A model generated the notes under the pieces. The model had not been told where the DNA came from, made no database searches, and worked only from the letters and a program-made list of their open reading frames with translations. 64,000 nt of DNA from a virus (Duplodnaviria > Caudoviricetes), in IMG/VR virus record IMGVR_UViG_2843291059_000004, positions 1 through 64,000 of that record. One strand, given 5' to 3'. Below, piece by piece: positions 56,831 to 64,000 of the stretch (position 1 is its first letter; each line of letters starts with the position of its first letter). Made by a program: the position numbers and the translations under genes.

Positions 56831-57079
56831 TTACTCTGCAATCATCATAGCGAGAACTGGTTCACCGGAATCTTTCAGCTGAAGTTCCAGAATGTCGCCG
56901 TCATCCACGACCTCACATTTGTTCAGATAATCCTGAAGGAAGAACATCTGACATTCTTGCCAGAAGATTTCTTTCGGATCTTCATTCTCTCCTACGAACA
57001 CATTCTTGTGATGGAAAGATTCATTCCAAACCCAGCCATCACCATCGTGCAGTGCATGAACTTCTCTTAAATCCCACAT
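56831..57079 (-). CDS. Hypothetical protein (MWDL start)
   Basis: GGAGG RBS. Confidence 0.7.
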   Translation of the reverse strand: MWDLREVHALHDGDGWVWNESFHHKNVFVGENEDPKEIFWQECQMFFLQDYLNKCEVVDDGDILELQLKDSGEPVLAMMIAE

Positions 57080-57081
57080 AA

Positions 57082-57318
57082 TCAGTCCTCCCCAAAGATA
57101 TGACGCTTGTTAAGGTCATCACGGATAATATCCTCAATTTTATTTTTGGTACTATCATCAAGTTTTCCGTAAGGAGCATTGTCAAGATAATAGAAGTAAA
57201 TTTCATCTCCAAGATCCTTGTACATGACACTCACATAAAACCCAGCTGAAATTCCATTCAGTAAAGCATATCCAATACCGTATACTTCTGAATAATTGTT
57301 ACCCATTAAATCCCACAT
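57082..57318 (-). CDS. Hypothetical protein (MWDL start), paralog of 57321..57542
   Basis: MWDL..N.YS..Y.IG.A. Confidence 0.7.
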   Translation of the reverse strand: MWDLMGNNYSEVYGIGYALLNGISAGFYVSVMYKDLGDEIYFYYLDNAPYGKLDDSTKNKIEDIIRDDLNKRHIFGED

Positions 57319-57320
57319 AG

Positions 57321-57542
57321 TTAATCCTTCCAAAAGTTGAGTTTCTTTTTGATTGTCATCTCAATTTCGTCTTTATCACCGTCAGATAGAATCTTATTAT
57401 CGTACTCGGAATAGCAAAACATAATGCTACGGCCATTATATTTATACATAACCATTGCTGTTTTTAATTGTTTGTCACGAAAAAAGGTTGCGCACCCAAT
57501 TCTATATTTTTTAGAATATTCATTTTCAACTAAATCCCACAT
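57321..57542 (-). CDS. Hypothetical protein (MWDL start)
   Basis: GGAG RBS. Confidence 0.7.
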   Translation of the reverse strand: MWDLVENEYSKKYRIGCATFFRDKQLKTAMVMYKYNGRSIMFCYSEYDNKILSDGDKDEIEMTIKKKLNFWKD

Positions 57543-57546
57543 TTTA

Positions 57547-57825
57547 TCACACTCCATAAAATTCAATCGGTTTGTCATCAATCCAAACGAAACCGCAATA
57601 TCCCTCCTGATGCAGTTGGGAAATGAATTTATCGACAGCACGTTTTTCTGCCATAGTAAGCAAGACAGTGCTTTCACACGTATCTTCAGCGCATAAACCA
57701 GCGTCCCACTTATATTCTTTGTCGTTTTCAATGTACTGAGGACAACGATTTATATCCATTCCTCTATCGCCATTAAAATGGCATCCAGTATTTGCACAAG
57801 AAATACAATATTTCACATTAAACAC
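57547..57825 (-). CDS. Cys-containing hypothetical protein
   Basis: Coupled ORF. Confidence 0.65.
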   Translation of the reverse strand: MFNVKYCISCANTGCHFNGDRGMDINRCPQYIENDKEYKWDAGLCAEDTCESTVLLTMAEKRAVDKFISQLHQEGYCGFVWIDDKPIEFYGV

Positions 57826-58051
57826 CCATTCCTTTATAGCCCATCATATGTAAACCTTTATGCTTCTTACGACGCATATCATAATAGATTGCTACCGTAT
57901 TTTTCGGCATATTGTTTCTGAAATACTTTTCTTTGTATTCACACAGCTTCTTATACTCGTCACTTTCACGATGAGCCTTCAGCTTTTCACAATGGTCATG
58001 ACAACCAGGATAACGCTCCGGTGCCACACAGTAACGGCAAGGATCGGTCAT
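57818..58051 (-). CDS. Cys/His small phage protein
   Basis: PCRYC...R.PGCHDHCE. Confidence 0.7.
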   Translation of the reverse strand: MTDPCRYCVAPERYPGCHDHCEKLKAHRESDEYKKLCEYKEKYFRNNMPKNTVAIYYDMRRKKHKGLHMMGYKGMGV

Positions 58052-58233
58052 ATTGCAAACTCCTTTTCTCTTGTAAACTTAATCACCAACGCATTCACGT
58101 TGGCCGCTTCCATCGTTGACTGCTTTGCATCCTCGTGATTACCAGCTCTAAGGAACGAAACACTCTGATCCATCAGCTTACGCCGATAGAAAGAAAGAGC
58201 TGCGAGAACGATATTCTTTTCAGTGTTGGTCAT
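58048..58233 (-). CDS. Hypothetical protein
   Basis: Coupled ORF. Confidence 0.6.
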   Translation of the reverse strand: MTNTEKNIVLAALSFYRRKLMDQSVSFLRAGNHEDAKQSTMEAANVNALVIKFTREKEFAI

Positions 58234-58450
58234 GTTCTGTCACGTCCTTTCCGTCATAGACAATCCAACCTTTTTTATCATCCCAAGAATAAATCACGCC
58301 ACTTATATAAACATCAGGGTGCTCATCCGAAATAATCCTCTCTCTGAGAATCACCCGTTCATAGAAACCATCTTCAATCAACCGCTTCATCATACGAAAT
58401 GCGCCGTTTTTTTGTTTTGTATCCAGTTTTCCTAAACGTGGGCCAACCAT
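58220..58450 (-). CDS. Hypothetical protein
   Basis: Co-oriented ORF; start uncertain. Confidence 0.5.
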   Translation of the reverse strand: MVGPRLGKLDTKQKNGAFRMMKRLIEDGFYERVILRERIISDEHPDVYISGVIYSWDDKKGWIVYDGKDVTEHDQH

Positions 58451-58506
58451 GTTTATCTAACCATCCACAAACGCTATAAGTAACCATAGATTCCATTTTT
58501 ATCACC

Positions 58507-58815
58507 TCAATCTTCATCGCTCAGGTTCTGACAAAAACTCAAATAAAAATCAATATCGAAACATTCCACATCACCATCAGGGGACCACCCATAAGTCACA
58601 TCTGCAACTGCATTGTGCTTATAAAGAGCATCAATAATTTCATCACGGTATGCTGTGATCCAGTTTTTTGTTACATTGAATTTTCTAGTGATTTCATAAA
58701 CATGAATAATCCAATTACCTTCTGTGGTGCTTCTTGTTCCACTTTTGACCATCCAATCGGAAATACTGTTAATCATCCAATCGTTAACCTGTTTTACAGT
58801 TTCGCTAGTATACAT
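58507..58815 (-). CDS. Hypothetical protein
   Basis: GAGGTG RBS. Confidence 0.7.
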   Translation of the reverse strand: MYTSETVKQVNDWMINSISDWMVKSGTRSTTEGNWIIHVYEITRKFNVTKNWITAYRDEIIDALYKHNAVADVTYGWSPDGDVECFDIDFYLSFCQNLSDED

Positions 58816-58829
58816 TTTTATCACCTCAA

Positions 58830-59063
58830 TCAAAACTGAACCACTTCATGTTTGGCTTTCTCCAGCATCTCTTTCTCTTGTTCTTCAAGACGTTCAACTT
58901 CACACAAAACATTACGAATACCAATGATAATAAAATCCCTATCACGCTCACGTTCTGCCCTATGTGCGGGATTGTTTTTGCAAAATCCTTCGCACAAGTT
59001 GTTTTCTCTTGCAATCAAATTATCAATCGCGCACTTCAAAACACGCTTATCTTTTTCAGTCAT
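58830..59063 (-). CDS. Hypothetical protein
   Basis: GAGGTG RBS. Confidence 0.65.
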   Translation of the reverse strand: MTEKDKRVLKCAIDNLIARENNLCEGFCKNNPAHRAERERDRDFIIIGIRNVLCEVERLEEQEKEMLEKAKHEVVQF

Positions 59064-59099
59064 ATTTGTCACCTCAATCATTGTAAAATATCTGATTTA

Positions 59100-59435
59100 T
59101 CAAAACCATGCACTAGCATCAAATACAAAATAGAAATGTTCGCCATAATCTTCAATCAAATCTTCCGTTCGGTTAAGACCACATTCTTTCGCTGATTTAA
59201 TAACAGCTCTTTTGAAGTCTCTTCTAAGAATCCAATAATCTGTTGCACCTACTGGAATATCATATCCGACAAGAACGCAAAGTTGCTTTCCTTCAAGCGG
59301 AGCTGCATCGAAATCAACTTCGGTCACATATGGAATGTTCAAAATTTTCTGCTCAAGATATTCCAATTTTTGAATTGAAACACCAAACATTTTTGCATAG
59401 CCAACAACAAATTCATTTTTTGTTCCGCGTTTCAT
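59100..59435 (-). CDS. Hypothetical cassette-like gene
   Basis: Bounded by palindromes 59084 and 59449. Confidence 0.7.
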   Translation of the reverse strand: MKRGTKNEFVVGYAKMFGVSIQKLEYLEQKILNIPYVTEVDFDAAPLEGKQLCVLVGYDIPVGATDYWILRRDFKRAVIKSAKECGLNRTEDLIEDYGEHFYFVFDASAWF

Positions 59436-59461
59436 TTTTATCACCTCATAAAAGCATGATT

Positions 59462-59677
59462 TTAGATATCAAAAGCATCATAAAGATCTTCGGGCTTATC
59501 ATTCGGCATCCATACTTTTGCATTATCATTAAGGAAGTAACCGCAACCAAAAAATCCAGCAGGAGAATCACAAAGATTCTGTTCACCATCTTTAACACCA
59601 GCTTGATAAACAACATAGATAAACTCAGCAAGCTCATGCTTATCCATTCGCTTAATGCGGTCGTACAATGTTTCCAT
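59462..59677 (-). CDS. Hypothetical protein
   Basis: AAGGAG RBS. Confidence 0.65.
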   Translation of the reverse strand: METLYDRIKRMDKHELAEFIYVVYQAGVKDGEQNLCDSPAGFFGCGYFLNDNAKVWMPNDKPEDLYDAFDI

Positions 59678-59691
59678 ATCAATCGCTCCTT

Positions 59692-60072
59692 TTAGATATC
59701 ACTCTCTTCGTTTTTAAGACGACACTGTTCTTGACACTTGTCATAATAATCAATAACTTCGTTAATCTTCTCAGGAGATTCTTCTCTATATTTCTTATAC
59801 ATCTCCACTGCCTCTTTTGCTTTACAATCGTATGCCCACCGATAAGCCTTTACAAATCTCTGCTGGCGGCGACCATAATTCTTATCCTTTTCTCTAGCTT
59901 CATATATCTTTTTAACAGTTCTTTCAGTGACCTTATCGTTATTTATCGAAACTCTATGCATTACATCAGAAAACTCAAGAAACATACTTTCAGGGACATA
60001 TCCATTGTGATCTCGCATCTGTGTCCACATCTTTCCAAGCATCTGAAAGTCCTTTTTACCGATATAAGCCAT
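59692..60072 (-). CDS. Hypothetical protein
   Basis: AAGGAG RBS. Confidence 0.7.
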   Translation of the reverse strand: MAYIGKKDFQMLGKMWTQMRDHNGYVPESMFLEFSDVMHRVSINNDKVTERTVKKIYEAREKDKNYGRRQQRFVKAYRWAYDCKAKEAVEMYKKYREESPEKINEVIDYYDKCQEQCRLKNEESDI

Positions 60073-60162
60073 ACCTAACACTCCTTTTAATATTATTGTG
60101 TTTTCACATTCTGGTAGCGGTTATGTCTGCCCTAGTACCGCTAATCACCTAGCATCTGCTAT

Positions 60163-60411
60163 TTATACTACCCAGACTTGACTTCTTATGTAGTCCTCAA
60201 TATCTGCTGGATAACCATTGCGCTGGACATACTGACACAGCATACGCTGCACATCACGGTTGTCACCATAGTCCATTGCCAACGAGATATCTTCACCGTG
60301 AGTTCCAACACCCAGGCGTTCATACTTTCTGACTTCAAGATAGAAGTCGTATGCACTGTAGTGCCTTCCGTCCCGGCGGTCGAGAATGGAATCAATAATC
60401 AAAGTTTTCAC
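60163..60411 (-). CDS. Hypothetical protein
   Basis: IIDSILDRRDG..Y; GTG start. Confidence 0.7.
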   Translation of the reverse strand: MKTLIIDSILDRRDGRHYSAYDFYLEVRKYERLGVGTHGEDISLAMDYGDNRDVQRMLCQYVQRNGYPADIEDYIRSQVWVV

Positions 60412-60414
60412 CTC

Positions 60415-60651
60415 TTAACCAAAAATATAAATTGCTGACGTTCTGGAAGTCACGGCATAATATGTTCCGGTTTTGTATCCTTTGAGTAACATTCCATCGC
60501 AACCATAAACACCAGAGGAATATCCGACCTGAGAAAGATAATCTTCTCTTTTGATAATCTTTTCATAATCCTCATTGTTTGCACGAGTAACATCTTCTGC
60601 CATTCCAAGGGCAACCATATTCTTCAGTTCTTTCCGAGTGTACTTACGCAT
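60415..60651 (-). CDS. Hypothetical protein
   Basis: VGYSSGVYGCDG; AAGGAG RBS. Confidence 0.7.
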   Translation of the reverse strand: MRKYTRKELKNMVALGMAEDVTRANNEDYEKIIKREDYLSQVGYSSGVYGCDGMLLKGYKTGTYYAVTSRTSAIYIFG

Positions 60652-61201
60652 TTTCTTTCATCTCCTTTACAGTCTCATCGTCCCAATGAAATCCACGCTT
60701 TTCATAAAGCGGAATCCAATGAGCTTCAAAAAAGTCGTAGCCACAACCATCAATGCCGAAAATGTAACCGTAATCTTCTTGCTCATAGATACGAAAACCA
60801 CAGTCTGCCATTTCCTGAAGATGATTCTCAAGCCACCAATTGTCACAGCCGTCACTGAACTGCCACATCGTGCCCCACATCGGAAGACCATCATAACGAA
60901 TGACTTCAAATTCGTCCGTACTCAGATGAATCTTCACGCTGGTGTCCTCATCTGGAACGATGGTATAAATCATTTCTCCATCGTCATTCTTGCTATAGCC
61001 AACAACCTCACCTTCGCCGTTATAATCACCACCCAAAATCGAAACGCGATCATTGATAGTTGGCGGGGTGATCTCCGTCATCTCTTCGCCGTTCTCATAC
61101 ATATTCAGCTTATTGAGCTTTTCAATAACGCTCTGAGGAATCGCATTAAATTCCTGAACCCATGCGTATGCTGCGTCTTTCTTAGTTTTATACATAGCCA
61201 T
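60644..61201 (-). CDS. Acidic conserved-type phage protein
   Basis: PMWGTMW, FGIDGCGYDFFEAHWIPLY; first gene after operator-promoter. Confidence 0.8.
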   Translation of the reverse strand: MAMYKTKKDAAYAWVQEFNAIPQSVIEKLNKLNMYENGEEMTEITPPTINDRVSILGGDYNGEGEVVGYSKNDDGEMIYTIVPDEDTSVKIHLSTDEFEVIRYDGLPMWGTMWQFSDGCDNWWLENHLQEMADCGFRIYEQEDYGYIFGIDGCGYDFFEAHWIPLYEKRGFHWDDETVKEMKENA

Positions 61202-61289
61202 AGTTGGATCTCCTTTTCTTGCGTATCCTGTATTATATAGCTGAACGGTAAAAATAAAAGTCCTCTAACGGACTGCCTTTCTTAGCTAC

Positions 61290-61318
61290 ATAATACAGGA
61301 TACTGATAGAAATGTCAA
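61290..61318 (-). promoter_or_regulatory. Sigma-A promoter overlapping 21-bp operator
   Basis: TTGACA-17bp-TATTAT. Confidence 0.8.
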
Positions 61319-61395
61319 GCACTAAAATGTAGATTTTATTAACGTCGCATTTTAGTGCGTTGATACGTTGTTTATTTGTGACTGTTTTGTGAATG

Positions 61396-61755
61396 TCAAT
61401 CAACATCCACTTCATCAGACCGTACCCACAGAACGTCTTCGATGGTATCGTCATAGATGGTTTCTGTTCCATTGCTGTTCATAACCATGGTAACTTTCTG
61501 ACCATCTGACGGGGTTTCTTCCATGCTTGCGTAAGAATACAGCCATTCTTCGCCGTTCTCATCAACCACATGGATTGTCTTGATTCCGTTACGGAATACT
61601 TCGATTTCATCCACGCTACCGGCCAGGACATAACGATTCTCCAGGCGAGTTTTCATAGGCTCTGCTGCATTTGCAGTCATACAGTTCGCCAGAATGGAAA
61701 CACCAGCCACAACGGTAGCCAGGATGACGGACAGCTTATTCTGAGTAAGTTTCAT
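61396..61755 (-). CDS. Secreted/exported small protein
   Basis: Signal peptide ending ANA-A. Confidence 0.7.
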   Translation of the reverse strand: MKLTQNKLSVILATVVAGVSILANCMTANAAEPMKTRLENRYVLAGSVDEIEVFRNGIKTIHVVDENGEEWLYSYASMEETPSDGQKVTMVMNSNGTETIYDDTIEDVLWVRSDEVDVD

Positions 61756-61771
61756 TTTATGTATCTCCTTT

Positions 61772-62095
61772 TCAATCTTTCAAACCAAATAATTTCATAC
61801 CAGCAGATCCCATGTCTGCCGGGTACAATTTTATAACACGATCGCTGTAAAATTCTGCAATCAAATTACAACTCTCAAGCGAAGTATATTCTTCGTCGAG
61901 AGTTCTTCCGTTATGTTCTGCGGAATTATACTCATCCGCATCATAAAATCCATACATAGCGGTATCATAGAATTCTGACGTAGACATTCCGCCGTACTCA
62001 AAACCTGAGAGAACATTTTTCAGTCCTTCTTGACCAAAGACTGCCGCATAAATGCCGCCTGCATTATCCTCATACACTTCAACACTTACTCTCAT
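61772..62095 (-). CDS. Hypothetical protein
   Basis: VYEDNAGG; AAAGGAG RBS. Confidence 0.7.
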   Translation of the reverse strand: MRVSVEVYEDNAGGIYAAVFGQEGLKNVLSGFEYGGMSTSEFYDTAMYGFYDADEYNSAEHNGRTLDEEYTSLESCNLIAEFYSDRVIKLYPADMGSAGMKLFGLKD

Positions 62096-62266
62096 TTTCG
62101 TTTTCTCCTTTCTTAGTGACCCCAACGGCACACGATAACGCCGTTAATCCAGATAGAAATGTTTGCGCCCTGCCGATACCACTCGACAGCTTCACGGTGA
62201 ATATTAGTGATAATACCGGTATCATCGTTCATAAAATACTGACCTTTTTTCATCTTGTGTTCTCCT

Positions 62267-62524
62267 TTACACTCTCATGCACTCATCAAGATAGATTCGT
62301 TTACCGAAACACTTGACGTATGCTCTGCCAGACGGTGCATAGATGATCTTCAAATGATGATAGTGAAAATACTTCTCATCATCACACAACACACCAGACA
62401 TACCATAGAGATAATCGTCAATGCCGTATTCGATATCGCCATGAATCTGGAAACCACCACATCTGCCGTAGCTGCTATCATAAGCAGTTACAGGATGGCT
62501 CTTACAATATTCTCTTGCGGTCAT
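62267..62524 (-). CDS. Hypothetical protein
   Basis: GKRIYLDECMR; AGGAG RBS. Confidence 0.7.
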   Translation of the reverse strand: MTAREYCKSHPVTAYDSSYGRCGGFQIHGDIEYGIDDYLYGMSGVLCDDEKYFHYHHLKIIYAPSGRAYVKCFGKRIYLDECMRV

Positions 62525-62536
62525 ATCAAACTCTCC

Positions 62537-62731
62537 TTAAAACATATCTTTTACGATGATTTCAGCATCAGGATAGTACATTTTTACACACTCCACAGCT
62601 TCTTTTGCATCTGCCACAATGAGGTTGCAGCACTTGCGCTCATCCATGATGTATGCGCTGTAATTCTCGTAAGTGGTCATTTTCCATCTACCAAAGTGGT
62701 TGAAAACAACGATCTTCTTCATGCTTTTCAT
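62537..62731 (-). CDS. Hypothetical protein
   Basis: AAAGGAG RBS. Confidence 0.6.
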   Translation of the reverse strand: MKSMKKIVVFNHFGRWKMTTYENYSAYIMDERKCCNLIVADAKEAVECVKMYYPDAEIIVKDMF

Positions 62732-63100
62732 TCTCCTTTACTCAAAATTCTTATCAGGTTATACCTCCGAAAACATAGAGTAAATCATGTATGCCGTACC
62801 AAGCGCACAAAGCACAATCACAATGAGCGGAACCCACTTAACCATCCAGAAATACCAAGCCATTTTACATTCTCCTCTCTTATTCCATCCAGCATTTTGC
62901 GGTGCTGACATATTCAACACCGGCTTCTGCCAGGGCTTCCTGATAGATTTTCACAAGCTCTGTGTCACCAAACGTTATGGCAACATCAAGAGCCGATTCA
63001 ATAGCCAAAATTGCCATGGTAGAACTCCTCTTTTATTGTGTTTCTGACTTGCATATTTTGCATATCATTTGCATAAATATTCATTTTAGGGCATAAAAAT

Positions 63101-63132
63101 AACACCCTATGAGTTTTAGGTCATAAGGTGTT
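63101..63132. terminator. Inverted repeat / terminator-like hairpin
   Basis: aacaccctatga...tcataaggtgtt, T-rich tail on minus strand. Confidence 0.5.
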
Positions 63133-63134
63133 TG

Positions 63135-63163
63135 TTGACGTGAGTATTCGGTTCTGCTAGAAT
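63135..63163 (+). promoter_or_regulatory. Sigma-A promoter for the lone plus-strand gene
   Basis: TTGACG-17bp-TAGAAT with TGn extended -10. Confidence 0.7.
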
Positions 63164-63196
63164 AAAGACATCATAATTTGAAAGGAAGTCCTTGCT

Positions 63197-63610
63197 ATGG
63201 GAAGCAAATGTATAGCCATTCACTATCTTGAATCAGAAAAAATTCAATTTATGACGAGTGTTTTCGCAAAGGTTGAAGAAGCAAAGTTGAATATTTTTCA
63301 TGCTTCTCAAAACAACAATATGGATAATGACTTCAAGATCTGTTTAGATTGCCTCTATGGTTATTTAGCATTAGGTCGTACTAAAAAGTATTCACAGGTT
63401 TTTCTAAATGCTAATTCTTATGATCTGTCTGACGCATATCATTACATAACAACAGGCTTTCATTTTGATGGGACAAAAGGAACTGTGCCAGACGATATAC
63501 GAGAGCTTGCCGCTTTTGTTTTAGAATATGGAGATTACTTTGATTTAATTTTAGAAAAAATCAAAAAAGATAACAAAGATTTCTACAACAAAATCATTTC
63601 AGAATCTTAG
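63197..63610 (+). CDS. Hypothetical protein (only credible plus-strand gene)
   Basis: Own promoter, AAAGGA RBS, no overlapping minus gene. Confidence 0.7.
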   Translation: MGSKCIAIHYLESEKIQFMTSVFAKVEEAKLNIFHASQNNNMDNDFKICLDCLYGYLALGRTKKYSQVFLNANSYDLSDAYHYITTGFHFDGTKGTVPDDIRELAAFVLEYGDYFDLILEKIKKDNKDFYNKIISES

Positions 63611-63809
63611 GCTTTCCATTCTCATCAATAATGAGATTGCCATAAGTGTATGCTTCCGCACAGGCTTTCAAAACGGCGTTTTTCGTCGTTCCATTTAGCT
63701 CTGTTTTCGCCGTGAACGCTTCAAAGAGAGTGGGCTCAACCTTCAGGCCGATATGCTTCGATTGATCCTTTTCTCTGGCGTACTCTTTTTTATAATCACG
63801 ATTTGCCAT
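63594..63809 (-). CDS. Ribbon-helix-helix-like DNA-binding protein
   Basis: KHIGLKVEPTLFEAF...NGTTKNAVLKACAEAY. Confidence 0.65.
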   Translation of the reverse strand: MANRDYKKEYAREKDQSKHIGLKVEPTLFEAFTAKTELNGTTKNAVLKACAEAYTYGNLIIDENGKPKILK

Positions 63810-63837
63810 AATTGCACCGCCTTTTCTTGATGATGCA

Positions 63838-63866
63838 ATTATATCATTCTGACGAATTGCTGTCAA
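63838..63866 (-). promoter_or_regulatory. Consensus sigma-A promoter
   Basis: TTGACA-17bp-TATAAT with TGn. Confidence 0.8.
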
Positions 63867-64000
63867 ACTCAAAATTATCACCTTGCTTTCTTGCCAGATT
63901 TCACAGGAAACACGTCATTCAAAGGGCGCATATCTCTGTTATCGAAATCACGGGCACAGCATCCAGTTCCGTCCATGTAGTACGACATTCTTTCATCCAT

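Larger units (their letters stand above)
18664..61303. repeat. Dispersed 21-bp operator-like motif GTATCCTGYRTWAYWTRGYTR (9 copies)
   Basis: + copies: 18664, 18733, 32923, 37060, 40426, 61223; - copies: 18792-18812, 41916-41936, 61283-61303; all intergenic. Confidence 0.9.
2384..61338. repeat. Dispersed gene-junction palindrome TAAAA-N6-TTTTA (about 25 copies)
   Basis: Exact at 3122, 4573, 7291, 8082, 43259, 43598, 47333, 47752, 54005, 56075, 59449, 61323; 1-2 mismatches at 2384, 9673, 18752, 34929, 37141, 43828, 44012, 44289, 44702, 45948, 52035, 55156, 59084. Confidence 0.85.
1..64000 (-). mobile_element. Large SPbeta-like temperate phage/prophage (early, replication and accessory region)
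   Basis: Co-oriented dense small ORFs; own DnaE/helicase/primase/RecJ cluster in SPbeta yorF-yorL order; ATP ligase, MTases, tRNAs, Bro-N antirepressor, tyrosine recombinases; no host housekeeping operons. Confidence 0.85.

Noticed and set aside
60113-60150. Intergenic hairpin AGCGGT...ACCGCT
   Set aside because: Single copy, no U-tract, no recognisable riboswitch consensus
1-64000. Stop-codon recoding or suppressor tRNA
   Set aside because: Long genes are intact in the standard code. Anticodons TAG and TAA decode Leu codons CTA and TTA and have Leu-type bodies

Overview
This 64 kb window is a segment of a large SPbeta-like temperate phage or prophage of an anaerobic Bacillota host. The host is inferred from the GGAGG RBSs, sigma-A promoters and NrdDG. 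Almost all genes are on the minus strand and no virion or lysis genes are present. The window holds five regions: (i) nucleotide and folate metabolism (FolD, dUTPase, NrdG, NrdD, ThyX, MazG-like); (ii) a replication cluster syntenic with SPbeta yorF-yorL (SSB-like, AAA ATPase, Zn-finger, DnaB-like helicase, primase, RecJ, DnaE), plus RecD2 and an ATP-dependent ligase; (iii) two DNA methyltransferases, one circularly permuted, CTG-initiated and dual-coding; (iv) a MazF / MrpR-like repressor / Pnkp-like RNA-repair / 7-tRNA block; (v) long tracts of small accessory ORFs around an intact tyrosine recombinase. Three non-coding signals stand out. About 25 copies of a TAAAA-N6-TTTTA palindrome with variable spacers lie almost all at accessory-gene junctions (between stop codon and RBS), suggesting a recombinase-driven gene-cassette system. 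Nine copies of a 21-bp asymmetric operator occur, three of them embedded in sigma-A promoters. The tRNA array contains three covarying copies of an unrecognised structured RNA and a CCA-tailed hairpin. All calls come from reading motifs by eye; no searches were run.
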